A stretch of 64,000 nt of DNA. Source: an uncultured Pseudomonadota bacterium. GTDB lineage: Bacteria; Myxococcota_A; Polyangia; Fen-1088. The position numbers and the translations under genes were made by a program. Below, piece after piece: positions 20,870 through 31,838 of the stretch (position 1 is the stretch's first letter; every line of letters starts with the position of its first letter). Where the stretch lies: assembly GCA_963729535.1 (NCBI GenBank), contig CAVSOL010000002.1, forward strand, positions 771,503-835,502. The letters run 5' to 3'. Below the pieces are notes generated by a model. The model worked only from the letters and a program-made list of their open reading frames with translations, was not told the origin of the DNA and searched no databases.

Positions 20870-22700
20870 ATGACGCCCTTCGTCCGCCATGCCGCGTTCG
20901 CCGCCCTCTTGTCGCGGCCGGCTGCTCGTCCAAGCCGGCGGCGCGCGTCCCCGACGCGGGGACGCCCGGGACGGCGGGCACCGGGCCGGGCGCCGCCGGC
21001 AGCGGCGGCGCTGACGCGCCCGACGCGGCCGCCGGTATGGGCGGCGGCACGCCCGACGCGGCCGCCGGCACGGGCGGCGGGCCAACCGACGCAGGCCCCG
21101 AGACGCCGATCAGCACGCCCGGCGTCACCTTCATCCAGGAGGACCAGCCCGGCTTCGCGGCCATCGACGGCAAGGTGCTGCCGCGCCAGGGGAGCACGAC
21201 GGTCACGGGCTACACCGGCACCGGGTTCGCGGACGGCGATTCCGGGCTGGGCAAGACGATCAGCTGGACGGTCAAGGCCGAGACCGCGGGGACGTACGCG
21301 CTGCTGTGGCGTTACGCGTTCGGTGGCGCCGCCGCGAACACGCGCGACGCCAGGCTGATGATCAACGGCGTCCGCCGCCGCCGAGGTCGCTGTTCCCCTT
21401 CACCACCGACTGGAACAACTGGCAGGTGACGCCGCCGCTGGCGGTGCAGCTCGCCGCCGGCTCCAACTTCATCCAGCTGCAGGCGACGGGCGCCAGCGGC
21501 CTCGCCAACATCGACTACATCGAGATCCGCGGCGAAGGCATCACGCCCGACAACCCGAGCTTCTCGCTGACCGTCGCGGCCAACGATCCCGCGGGGGGCA
21601 GCGTCACGTACGCGCCGATGATGGCGTTCTATCCCGTCGGCACGCAGGTGACCGTGATGGCGACCGCGTCGGCCGGTTACTTCTTCCAGAGCTGGACGGG
21701 CGATTCGCCGAGCGCGACCGCGGCGTACACGTTCGCGATCACGAAGAACACGACGATGACCGCGCGCTTCCTGCCGACCGGCACCGTGCAGGACATGGCG
21801 CTGGTCGGCTACGCCGCCGTCCAGGACGACAAGGGGACGCCCTACCTGCTCAACGGCGGCTCGCTCGGCCCGACGGTGACGGCGACGACGCTCGACGAGC
21901 TCAAGACCTACCTCGCCAGCCCGGACCCGTACGTCGTGACGTTCTCGGGCCTGATCCAGGGCGCCGACAGCGTCAAGATCGCGTCGAACAAGACGCTGCT
22001 CGGCACCGGCGCGGGCGCGCACCTGCAAGGCATCGAGCTGGAGATCGCCAACGCGCGCAACGTCATCATCCGCAACATCGCCGTGTCGCACGTCATCGCC
22101 GACGGCTCCGGCGCGGCCAACGACGCGATCGTCATCAACGGCGCGATGAACGTCTGGATCGATCACTGCGAGCTCTACTCCGACCTGACGCACGACAAGG
22201 ACTACTACGACGGCTTGCTGGAGATCAAAAACGGCGCCGCGTTCATCACCGTGTCGTGGTGCCACATCCACGACCACTACAAGGCCAGCCTGATCAGCTC
22301 GGGCGACGAGCAGGTCGGCGACACCGTCATCCGCGCGACTTACCACCACAACTACTTCCACAACTGCGGCTCGCGCCTGCCCAGCATCCGCTTCGGCAAG
22401 GCGCACATCTTCTCCAGCTACTTCGTGAACAACTTCGGCGGCACGGGCGTCAACAGCCGCATGGGCGCCGTCGTCCGCGTCGACGGCAACTACTTCCAGA
22501 CCATCGAGAACCCGATCGGCTTCTGGGACAGCGCTGTGACCGGCACCTGGGACGTCGCCAACAACACGTTCTCCGCCTGCACCGGCAGCCAGCCGACGAC
22601 GTCGACGGGCCAGCTCACGCCGCCGTACATGTACACGCTGGACGCGGTCGCCGATCTGCCGACGACCGTGCCCGCCGGCGCCGGCGTCGGCAAGCTCTGA
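20870..22700 (+). CDS. Secreted pectate lyase (PL1-like) with a lipoprotein signal, Gly-rich tether and CBM6/35-like module (at least 2 frame breaks)
   Basis: The N-terminus MTPFVRHAAFAALL.. is followed by the reconstructed lipobox ..AAGC after a 1-nt gap near 20912. The CBM-like part reads GYTGTGFADG..NIDYIEIRG. The catalytic part reads NVIIRNIAVSHV..DAIVINGAMNVWIDHCEL..DGLLEIKNGAAFITVSWCHIHDH..SRLPSIRFG. A second break lies near 21370-21398 (C4 run). Confidence 0.85.
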
Positions 22701-22707
22701 CTTCCTG

Positions 22708-23862
22708 CTAGTTGCCGCAGCCGATGCGGGCGCTGTCGATCGCGACCTCGTCGATCCAGGCAGTGAACCCGGGCGGCGCGTTCTGGTACGTGATGAAGCC
22801 GACGCGGAAGTCGGTGAACATCATGGGAAGGTGCGTGCGGTTGTCGCCGCTGCCGTTGTTGCCGGCGCCGTTCGCCAGCCGCATCTGCGTCACCTCCGCG
22901 CCGTCCCAGTAGAACTGGTAGGCCTGGTTGGCGCCGTCGACGAACCACTCGGCGCAGTGCCAGGCGCCGTCGAACATCCAGTTGTACGGGCCTTCCTTGC
23001 CGAACTCGCTCGAGCCGGTGATCTGGACGTTGTAGAGGAACTGGTGCTTCGCCGTCGTCCCCGTCATCTTCACGGTGTCGACGACACGGAAGGTCGACGG
23101 TCCGATGCCGGGCCCGTCGCCCTGGTACGCCGCCATCGACGCGTGCACGAACGCCTCGGGCGGCGGCGTCTGCACGCGATAGAAGATGCGCCCCCAGTGC
23201 GCCGCGCCGAACGCCTCGGAGTTGCCGTAGTTGTAGAAGCCGTAACCCTTGTCGGCGGCGGGCGTCAGCTTGAGCGCGTGCGCGCCGCGCGCCGCCTGAT
23301 CGTCGGCGACGGTCGCGTTCCCCGATCGCGACCATCCCGACGGCGTGTTGTTGCCGACGTTGACGCCTTCGAAGCCTTCGCACAGCAAGAAGCGCCCCGC
23401 GGTGCACAGCGACGCGCCGCCGATGCCGGCGCTGCCGGTCGCGCCACCCGCGCCGCCACGTCCGGCGGTTCCGCCGGCGGCACCGCCCGCGCCGCCACGT
23501 CCCGCGCCGCCGCCGGCCGCACCTGCCAGTCCACCTTGCCCCCCCCCGCCGCCGCGTCCCGCCGCGGTGCCCGCGACGCCGCCGGCGCCGCCGCGACCCG
23601 CGCTGCCGCCAGCCATGCCGCCCGTCCCCGCCGTACCCGTGCCGGTGCCGGCCAATCCACCACCGCCGGCTATGCCCGACGCGCCCGCGACGCCGGTGCT
23701 GCCGCCGCCACCCGCGACGCCCGTACCGGCGGCGCCGCCGCCGGGGCCGGAGCCACCGTTGCCAGCCGCGCCCGCGCCGGGATCGATGCCGGGCTCCGAC
23801 TCGGCACACGCCGCCAGCGCCAGCGCCGCGAACGACGTCACGATCGATCTGCGGAGGTTCAT
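22708..23862 (-). CDS. Lipoprotein: about 130-aa Gly-rich tether plus a concanavalin/LamG-like C-terminal domain
   Basis: The ATG is at 23862. It begins MNLRRSIVTSFAALALAAC (lipobox), followed by a GGxAG low-complexity tether and a domain of about 230 aa (..GFEGVNVGNNTPSGWSRSG..WHCAEWFVDGANQAYQFYWDG..TAWIDEVAIDSARIGC). The fold assignment is by feel only. Confidence 0.7.
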   Translation of the reverse strand: MNLRRSIVTSFAALALAACAESEPGIDPGAGAAGNGGSGPGGGAAGTGVAGGGGSTGVAGASGIAGGGGLAGTGTGTAGTGGMAGGSAGRGGAGGVAGTAAGRGGGGGQGGLAGAAGGGAGRGGAGGAAGGTAGRGGAGGATGSAGIGGASLCTAGRFLLCEGFEGVNVGNNTPSGWSRSGNATVADDQAARGAHALKLTPAADKGYGFYNYGNSEAFGAAHWGRIFYRVQTPPPEAFVHASMAAYQGDGPGIGPSTFRVVDTVKMTGTTAKHQFLYNVQITGSSEFGKEGPYNWMFDGAWHCAEWFVDGANQAYQFYWDGAEVTQMRLANGAGNNGSGDNRTHLPMMFTDFRVGFITYQNAPPGFTAWIDEVAIDSARIGCGN

Positions 23863-23867
23863 GTGGA

Positions 23868-24938
23868 TCACCTGATGTCGATCTCGTCGACGAGCAGCGC
23901 GCCCGTATACGTCGTGCCCGCCAGCCACTGGATCGAGATCGCGCTCACCGCGCTGGTCCCCGCGTCCGCGCCGCTGGGCAACGCCACGCTGCGTGTCGTC
24001 CACGTCCCCGGCACCGGCGCCGGCTGAGACAGCACGATCGTGTAGCTCGGCACCAGAAACACCAGGATGAACCCGCCCGCCGGCCCCGCCGGCGACGCCT
24101 TGTACGAGATCGAAAACATCTTGCCGGAGACGTCCTCGGCCGCCGCGAGCGGGATGATCGCCTCGCCCTTGACGTTGGTCGCGTCGAACGTGGTGTCGAG
24201 CCGCAGCGCGCCCCCACCGCAGAACGCATCGGCGCTGTTGGTGATCGTCGTGAACGACGTCTGATAGCCGGTGTTGGCGCGGGCGCCGTGCAGCGCTCCC
24301 GCCTCGAAGTTGAAGCGCGCCGAGCACGCGGCGCCATCCATGCCGGCGTCCATCGCCGCGCCTGCCCCGCCGCCGCGACCACCCGCGCCCGCCGCGCCGC
24401 CGGCGGCACCGCCGCGCCCCGCGCTGCCCGCGTCGCCACCGCCGCCGCTGCCACCACGCCCAGGCGCGCCCGCCACGCCGCCGCCCACGCCCGCCGCGCC
24501 GCCGCCCGTCCCTGCTGCACCACCCGCCGCGCCACCACGGCCGCCCGCCCCCGCGGGACCGCCCGTTCCCGCGCCACCGCCACCCGCGACGCCGCCGCCC
24601 CGGCCGCCGGGCGAACCCGCCGCCCCGGCCGCGCCTGAGGCTCCCGCGGCGGCGCCACCCCGCCCGCTCGTGCCAGCGACGCCACCAGCAGCGCCCGCCG
24701 CGCCACCATCCGCGCCCGCCGGACCACCGCCGGTGCCAGTCGCTGACATGTCCACGCCCGCGTCCCTCATGCCGCCCGCTCCACCACCGCCGCGGCCGGC
24801 TTGGCCTTGAACGCCGCTGGTTCCGCCTTCACCTTCCGCGTCGCCATCCGGCGCGCGCATCCCTCGGTTGGCACACGACGTAAGAACCACGAGGACCGCA
24901 GAAAGGGTCAGCGCGGGGGCGATAGGACAAATGCGCAT
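23868..24938 (-). CDS. Lipoprotein: about 185-aa Gly-rich tether plus a CBM-like beta-sandwich domain (paralog of 25075..26353 at the N-terminus)
   Basis: It begins MRICPIAPALTLSAVLVVLTSCANRGMRAPDG (lipobox LTSC). The C-terminal 150 aa read FNFEAGALHGA..ALRLDTTFDATNVKGEAIIPL..YTGALLVDEIDIR. The ORF track starts at a GTG (24944); I chose the ATG at 24938. Confidence 0.7.
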   Translation of the reverse strand: MRICPIAPALTLSAVLVVLTSCANRGMRAPDGDAEGEGGTSGVQGQAGRGGGGAGGMRDAGVDMSATGTGGGPAGADGGAAGAAGGVAGTSGRGGAAAGASGAAGAAGSPGGRGGGVAGGGGAGTGGPAGAGGRGGAAGGAAGTGGGAAGVGGGVAGAPGRGGSGGGGDAGSAGRGGAAGGAAGAGGRGGGAGAAMDAGMDGAACSARFNFEAGALHGARANTGYQTSFTTITNSADAFCGGGALRLDTTFDATNVKGEAIIPLAAAEDVSGKMFSISYKASPAGPAGGFILVFLVPSYTIVLSQPAPVPGTWTTRSVALPSGADAGTSAVSAISIQWLAGTTYTGALLVDEIDIR

Positions 24939-25074
24939 GCGCACGGAGGCACCAAAGGGCCAGATCGGCGCATAACGCCAGACTCCGGCCAGTCCTCATC
25001 GTAAACCCCTGCCGCAACGCGAAGCAACCTCGCCGGCCCGTGCGGACCTGCGACGCGAGAGCGTCTTGCTCAGC

Positions 25075-26353
25075 TCACTGCGCGACGAAGCGAACGTCGT
25101 CGATGCGCAGCTCGACGCTGCAGGTGCCGGTGCCCGATGATCCGGAGTTGGCCTGCCACTGCACGCCGACGATCTGCGTCGGCGTGGCGATCGTCGAGCT
25201 GGCCGGGTTATTGAACGCGGTGAAAGGCACGACGTAACTCGCCGCGACCGGTGTCGCGAGGGTCGCCGCCGGGTAGCGATAGCAGCCTCCGGCACCGTTC
25301 GGGTTGCACGTGCCGCCGGTTGGATCTGTCACGGTCGACGGACGCTGGTCCTGCGTCTGCAGCTGCACCTGCCAGACGCAACCGACGAGGCTGCCCATCG
25401 TGACCGACGCGGTGAAGGAGATCGCATTGAAGGACGATGCGTCGACACACGAGTCGAACGAGATGCCGCCGCCCGCGTACTGGCCGGCTGAAACGGTGAA
25501 GTTGAGTCGCAGGTTGCGCGCCGTCGTGTCGACCACCGCCGTGCTCGCCGACGGCGTCGCGCCCGCATACGCAAAGGTGTCGCCGTCCAGCCCGTTCGCG
25601 TCGCACCACTTGCTCGTCGTGGCGTTCCATTCCAGCGCCGAGAAGTCGACCACCTGACCGCCGGGCGTCATGTCGAGCGATCCGGTCATCGAACAATCGA
25701 GCACGCCGCCGAGCGGGCACGAGTACGGGCCACCGGCCGAGCCGCCCGTGCCGGCAGCGCCGCCGCCGCGACCGCCCATGCCCGCGACGCTGCCGCCCGC
25801 GCCTGCTGGTCCGCCTCCGGCGCCCGCTGGTCCACCGGCGGCGCCCGCCGCACCGCCGCCGCGGCCCCCCATCCCGGCGACACCACCGCCCGCGCCCGCC
25901 GGGCCGCCCGCCGCGCCCGCGGGTCCGCCCGCCGCGCCCGCGGGTCCACCCGCCGCGCCCGCTGGTCCGCCGCCCGCGCCTCCAGGTCCGCCGCCCGCCC
26001 CCGCCGGTCCGCCGGCGGCGCCGCCGCCACGGCCACCCATCCCGGCGACACCACCGCCTGCGCCCGCCGGCCCACCACCTCGGCCTGCCGCACCGCCGCC
26101 CATGCCCGCGACGCCGCCTGCGATGCCCCCGATGCCGCCGCCCGCGCCGCCACGACCGGCGCTACCGCCCAACGCCTACCTCAGCCGCACCCGCATCCCC
26201 GGTGCCGCCGCGACCACCCGCTCCGACGGTACCGGCCGCGCCCTGCGAGCCGCCGTCGGGAGCCTTCATGCCACGGTTTGCACACGCCGCAACCGCGAAC
26301 GACAGCAGCAAGATCGCTGGGAGCGATGAACGAAGGGGCACTGAAGTGCTCAA
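25075..26353 (-). CDS. Lipoprotein: about 190-aa Gly-rich tether plus a CBM11/CIA30-like domain (one frame break near 26168)
   Basis: The N-terminus ..LPAILLLSFAVAACANRGMKAPDG is in ORF 26162..26353 (TTG or GTG start). The tether and the domain ..VVDFSALEWNATTSKWCDANG..GGISFDSCVDASSFNAISFTASV..VGVQWQANSG..ELRIDDVRFV are in ORF 25075..26172. Confidence 0.65.
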
Positions 26354-26477
26354 GCCAGATATTCCCCGACATCGCAGTCGGGATCAGATTCCGGAATGGT
26401 AATCGGCCGCCGCGCGGCTAACAACCACCTGGAACATCGCAGCTTGCTACAAAGCCGGCCAGCGCCGGAATAGCAAA

Positions 26478-26517
26478 ACGCGGCGTGTCCGGCTGAACCG
26501 CCCGGAACACGCCGCGT
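26478..26517 (-). terminator. Candidate intrinsic terminator after the Gly/Ala-repeat lipoprotein gene
   Basis: The arms acgcggcgtgtccgg (26478..26492) and ccggaacacgccgcgt (26502..26517) pair over 15 bp with one bulge. On the minus strand the hairpin is followed by TTTTGCTATT. A second perfect 7-bp hairpin, gcctcgg-ctat-ccgaggc, lies at 26529..26546. Confidence 0.5.
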
Positions 26518-26564
26518 CGTCGCGGACCGCCTCGGCTATCCGAGGCTATAGCTGTCGATCCCGA

Positions 26565-27176
26565 CTAGGCGCTACCGCCAGCGCCCGCAGCGCCACCAGC
26601 CGCGCCCGCAGCGCCACCAGCCGCGCCCGCAGCGCCACCAGCCGCGCCCGCAGCGCCACCGGCCGCGCCCGCAGCGCCACCGGCCGCGCCCGCAGCGCCA
26701 CCAGCCGCGCCCGCAGCGCCACCAGCCGCGCCCGCAGCGCCACCAGCCGCGCCCGCAGCGCCACCGGCCGCGCCCGCAGCGCCACCAGCCGCGCCCGCCG
26801 TGCCGCCAGCCGCGCCACCGCTTCCGCCGCGGCCCGCCGCACCACCGGTCCCAGCAGCGCCGCCTGCCGCACCACCGGTGCCACCGCTGCCTGCCACGCC
26901 GCCGCCGGTGCCACCGCTGCCTGCGACGCTGCCGCCGGTGCCAGCCGTCGAGCCGGCAACGCCGCCGGCGCTGCCGCCGCGTCCCGCCGAGCCGCCCGCC
27001 GAGCCGCCGCGTCCCGCCGAGCCGCCGGCCGAGCCGCCGCGTCCCGCCGAGCCGCCGCCGCGACCGCCGCTGCCGGTGTCACCGTCATCGCCACCGCAGC
27101 CAAAATTCGAAGTCATAGCGGCAACGCCGCCAATGAGCATTGCCAATACCAACCAACGAGGTCCCAGATTCTTCAT
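26565..27176 (-). CDS. Domain-less Gly/Ala-rich lipoprotein (signal peptide plus tether only)
   Basis: It begins MKNLGPRWLVLAMLIGGVAAMTSNFGC (a GGAG lies 9 nt upstream of this ATG). About 175 aa of G/A/S/T low complexity follow, ending in (GAAGGAA)x10 and GAGGSA-stop. There is no globular domain. Confidence 0.6.
   Translation of the reverse strand: MKNLGPRWLVLAMLIGGVAAMTSNFGCGGDDGDTGSGGRGGGSAGRGGSAGGSAGRGGSAGGSAGRGGSAGGVAGSTAGTGGSVAGSGGTGGGVAGSGGTGGAAGGAAGTGGAAGRGGSGGAAGGTAGAAGGAAGAAGGAAGAAGGAAGAAGGAAGAAGGAAGAAGGAAGAAGGAAGAAGGAAGAAGGAAGAAGGAAGAGGSA
26588..26797 (-). repeat. Near-perfect 21-bp tandem repeat, 10 copies (CAGCGCCACCRGCCGCGCCCG)
   Basis: Read directly from the sequence. Ten head-to-tail 21-mers differ only at one A/G position (copies 4, 5 and 9 have G). 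The array is in frame and encodes a GAAGGAA heptad. Confidence 0.95.
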
Positions 27177-27312
27177 GAGCGTCATCTCCAGTTGACGGCC
27201 TCTCCGCGCTTGCGTGGCCGGCGGCGGCACACTAGCACAACTCATGCACAGACAAGCAACTGGCTCCGCGTTTTTGTTTAGAAATGGCGCGGGTTGGTGT
27301 TGCGCGGCCGGC

Positions 27313-28322
27313 TCAACGACCGACCAACGCGAGGTCGAGAACCGTTTTCAGCCCGGGTGGTGCCGCGATCACGGGCGCGATAGCCGAGAGCACCGTGCCG
27401 ACCGTCCCCCGGTCACCGTGCGTACCGTCACGAATCACGACGTCGAGGGGGGATCCCCGTCGATGACGACGCGGTCGTGGGGATCGGGTGCCGCGATGGA
27501 CATCTCCAGATCCAGCCGGACGACCTCGCGCCCGCCGCGCATCCCGGCCGCCGACTGCCGCAATCCGGCCACCCGCCCCGCGGGTATGCCGGGCCGGTCG
27601 GCAACCACCGGGTCGATCGTCGTCTTGATCTCGTCGAGGACCCAGCCCATTCCCAGGCCGATCAGCGCGCACGACTCGGCGAAGCCACGATGCCCGAGGC
27701 GGCCATCCGCCACGCCAGCACGAAACTCGTCGGGGGTCAGGCCCGCGCCCACCTTGGCGCGCAACGGCCCGCGCCGCTTCGCCGCGTCGACCACCCGTTC
27801 GACCGCCACGCGATCGACGCGCACGCACGCCGCTGCCAGCGTCAGCGGCAGGCGGTCCATGACGAAGCCGGGATTGACGCCGGTGCCTATGACGGTGATT
27901 GAGCCGGCGCGCGCGCGGGCGTCGATCTGGCGGGCCAGATCGGGCGTGGCGTGATCGGCGTAAGCCAGGTCCTCGCACGTGGAGATGACGTCGACGCCGC
28001 TCGCCGCCGCTGCCTCGATGATGGGCATGACCTCGGCGACCCCGGAGCCCGTCAGCACCAGCGCAACGTCCGCCCCGCCACCGGTGAACGCCTCGGCTGC
28101 ACTGCCGACGACCGTCACGCCGCACGCCCCCACGCCCGCTACCTCGCCCGCGTCGCGCCCGACGTGGGCCGGATCCGCGACCGCTACCAGGCTCAGCCCC
28201 GGCCGCGCCACCACCGCCTTCAGGACGTCGATGCCGATCGAGCCCAGCCCGACGATCGCGACGCGGACCACCGCCCCGCCGGTCGCGCGGCGGGTGCGCC
28301 CCGGCGTCGCGGCGGTGCTCAC
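27313..28322 (-). CDS. NAD(P)-dependent amine dehydrogenase / DapB-like oxidoreductase (one frame break at a G6 run, 27447..27452)
   Basis: It has the Rossmann motif VRVAIVGLGSIGIDVL and GTGVNPGFVMD. After the break the tail reads LDVVIRDGTHGDRGTVGTVLSAIAPVIAAPPGLKTVLDL. The GTG start overlaps the stop of the upstream coiled-coil gene (GTGA). Confidence 0.65.
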
Positions 28323-30289
28323 CTCTCCAGCTCCGCCAGATCGTCGCCCAGCTCTTCGAGGTAGCCGGCAATCTCGGACGACGACAGCGCCTCGAGGCGG
28401 CGGCGGATGCCGAGCAGCTCGTCGCGCAGGCGTCCGGCGCGCTGACGGTAGTTGCCGATCGTGTTGGCCAGCCGGCTCGCGGTCTCTTCCAGCTCGGGTC
28501 CGGGCGCGAACGCCGCCGGCGCGGGCGGCTTGTCGTGCCCATTTCCCCCGGCGGGCTTCTGCGCCCGCTGTTCGAGCTCGGCCCGCAGGACCGTTCGTTC
28601 CTGCTCCCAGGCCGCGCTCCGGTCAGCGAGCTGCCGCCGCAGTTCGTCGGCGGCCGTGCGGGCGGTGAACAGCTGGCGTTCGAGATCGGCCAGGAGCTCC
28701 GGGGCGCCATCCCCGCCTTGGGCCTGCGCCGACCTGCGTTCGTGCTCGAGCCGTAGCAGCTTGCCTTCCAGCTCGGCGAGCCGCGAGCGCCGACTGCGGT
28801 CCGCCTCTTCGAGATCCTTCGCCGTCCCGCGCAGCGCAGCCGCGTCGGCCGCCGCCGTCGTCGCGCGCGCCTCCGCCACCTGCAGCGCGTCTTCCAGCTC
28901 GGCGACCAGGGCAGCCTGTTCGGAGACCGATGCCTTGAGCTGGGTCACCTCGTCGACATGCACCGCCGCGGCCTTGTGGAACTCGTCGAGCGCTCGCGCG
29001 CGCACCGCGCGTGCCGCGACCAGCTCGTCGGAGGTCGCCGCTTCCGCGCGCGACTCGGGGCGCCCGCCGCCGCCACGACCGTCCGCACGCACCGCGCGCG
29101 CGATCGCGTCCGTCAGCTTGTCCTCCAGCTCCGCCAGCCGCCAGACCAGATCCTGTTTCTCGCTCTCGAGCTTGGCGATGCGTTCGTCGCGCGCTGCGAT
29201 CGCCATGTCGCGCTCTTCCAGCCCGCGCGCGATCGTAGCGGAGGCGCGCGCCTCCTCCTCGAACTTCGCAGCGTGGCGCCGGGCGCGGGCGAGCTCGCTA
29301 TCAGCCAGACGCAGCCTCTCCAGCGCGTCCTCCAGCTCCGTCTGCCGCGCCCGCGTCGAGCCGCCAACCTCCTCCAGCCGCTGCTCGGCCGCCGCCACGC
29401 GCGCGTCGGCCTCGGCCAGCCGCACGCGATAACGCGCGACCTCGTCACGCGCCGCGAGCAACTCCGCCGACTCGCGCGCCTCCGCGTCGACGCGCAGCCC
29501 GGTCGACAACCGCGCCGTCAGCGCCGCCATCTCGTCCGCGGTCTTGCGCGTCAGGTTGACGACCGCCTGGTCGGCGTCGGTCAGCGCCGTCCGTAGCTTG
29601 CTGACCTCGGCGTCCAGCGCGCCGCGATCATCCGCCGCGCGCCGCAGGCGGCCGCGCAGCTCATCGATCTCCTCCTTGAGCAGCACCGCCGATGGCGCCG
29701 GGGCCGCGGCGCCCGCCAGCCGGGCCGCGAACGGCGCGAACGGCAGCTGCACCAGCAGGTAGCCGAGCCCCGTCGCCGCATCGGCGCCCGCCACCGCGAC
29801 GTACGCCGCTGGCAGCTCGGGACCGTCCTTGACCAGCCGGGACTCGATGCGCAGGCCGTCCAGGGCGCCGTCGAACTCGACCACGCCCATGCCCAGAAAC
29901 GGGGTCAGACCCAGCATCTGCACGTGCGCGAAGTGCTGCGCCAGCGCGCCGTGGAGATCGTAGTAGCCGACTCCGCCGCCGCCACGGTCGGGATTGGCGG
30001 CAGCGACCACCAACCGCCCGCGTTCGGCGAGCAGCCGCCGCCAGCCGACGACGGCCGGGCCGGTCGCTGCGTCAGCCTCGGGGACGACGACGACGTCGAA
30101 GCGTTCGTCTATGCGCGACGCGTCGCCCTCGACGGTGACCACGCGCGCGCCGATCGACCGCAGGTACTCCGCACCGTCGGGCGCCGCCTTGCCGATCTCG
30201 AGCACGCGCTTGTTCGCGAGCAGCCGCTCCAGGTAGGCGTAGAGCGCTAAACGGCGGGACAAAGTATCGGGGGCGGGATCTTCCGGCAT
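28319..30289 (-). CDS. Long coiled-coil protein with an N-terminal methyltransferase-like (degenerate) domain
   Basis: 656 aa, intact. The N-terminal 150 aa resemble a class-I MTase fold, but motif I reads [11 protein letters not shown] instead of GxGxG. The remaining roughly 450 aa are A/E/R/L-rich heptad-like sequence (..[18 protein letters not shown]..). Confidence 0.75.
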   Translation of the reverse strand: MPEDPAPDTLSRRLALYAYLERLLANKRVLEIGKAAPDGAEYLRSIGARVVTVEGDASRIDERFDVVVVPEADAATGPAVVGWRRLLAERGRLVVAAANPDRGGGGVGYYDLHGALAQHFAHVQMLGLTPFLGMGVVEFDGALDGLRIESRLVKDGPELPAAYVAVAGADAATGLGYLLVQLPFAPFAARLAGAAAPAPSAVLLKEEIDELRGRLRRAADDRGALDAEVSKLRTALTDADQAVVNLTRKTADEMAALTARLSTGLRVDAEARESAELLAARDEVARYRVRLAEADARVAAAEQRLEEVGGSTRARQTELEDALERLRLADSELARARRHAAKFEEEARASATIARGLEERDMAIAARDERIAKLESEKQDLVWRLAELEDKLTDAIARAVRADGRGGGGRPESRAEAATSDELVAARAVRARALDEFHKAAAVHVDEVTQLKASVSEQAALVAELEDALQVAEARATTAAADAAALRGTAKDLEEADRSRRSRLAELEGKLLRLEHERRSAQAQGGDGAPELLADLERQLFTARTAADELRRQLADRSAAWEQERTVLRAELEQRAQKPAGGNGHDKPPAPAAFAPGPELEETASRLANTIGNYRQRAGRLRDELLGIRRRLEALSSSEIAGYLEELGDDLAELER

Positions 30290-30407
30290 TTCGGGGCGGG
30301 ACTATACACCTGGAGGAGAAGGTGGGGGCCCCTTCCCCTCCACACCTCCCACCTCGCGCGATGGAGCCCGCCAAGCAAAGCTCGACAGGCTCCGACGCGA
30401 GATAACC

Positions 30408-30436
30408 TTGCATCTGGGCTCAACGCCCACTATAAA
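30408..30436 (+). promoter_or_regulatory. Candidate sigma-70-type promoter of rpmE (TTGCAT-N17-TATAAA)
   Basis: TTGCAT is at 30408..30413 and TATAAA at 30431..30436, with an exact 17-nt spacer. A GGAG at 30449..30452 precedes the ATG at 30461. Confidence 0.45.
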
Positions 30437-30460
30437 AGCGCGTTTCCGGAGCCCCAGATC

Positions 30461-30688
30461 ATGGCGAAAAAAGGCATTCATCCCGTCTACAAGCCGACCA
30501 CCATCACGTGCGCGTGCGGCAACAAGGTCGAGACGTATTCGACCCGCGCGGCGTTTTCGGTCGAAATTTGTTCTGCCTGCCACCCGTTCTACACGGGTAA
30601 GCAGAAGTTCGTGGACGCGGCCGGCCGCATCGAGCGCTTCCAAAAGAAGTACGGCAAGGCCGGCGGCGGCACGCCGCCCACCACCTAA
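30461..30688 (+). CDS. rpmE: 50S ribosomal protein L31
   Basis: 75 aa. It reads [28 protein letters not shown], with zinc-ribbon CxxC pairs. Confidence 0.95.
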   Translation: MAKKGIHPVYKPTTITCACGNKVETYSTRAAFSVEICSACHPFYTGKQKFVDAAGRIERFQKKYGKAGGGTPPTT

Positions 30689-30745
30689 CTAGAACCCCTA
30701 CCAGCCGCTGTCCGCGCCTGCGGGCGGCGGTGGGAAACGGTCGCC

Positions 30746-31825
<1,080 letters not shown>

Positions 31826-31838
31826 CGGACCGCGCGCG

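Noticed and set aside
23345-26329. Pro/Ala-rich plus-strand ORFs (23345..23875, 24271..24810, 25670..26329, also 26800..27195, 50079..50411, 52215..52937) that look like extensin- or collagen-like proteins.
   Set aside because: They are the reverse complements of the Gly/Ala tethers. The minus-strand frames connect a lipoprotein signal peptide to folded C-terminal domains, whereas the plus-strand frames have no signal, no start context and no flanking domain.
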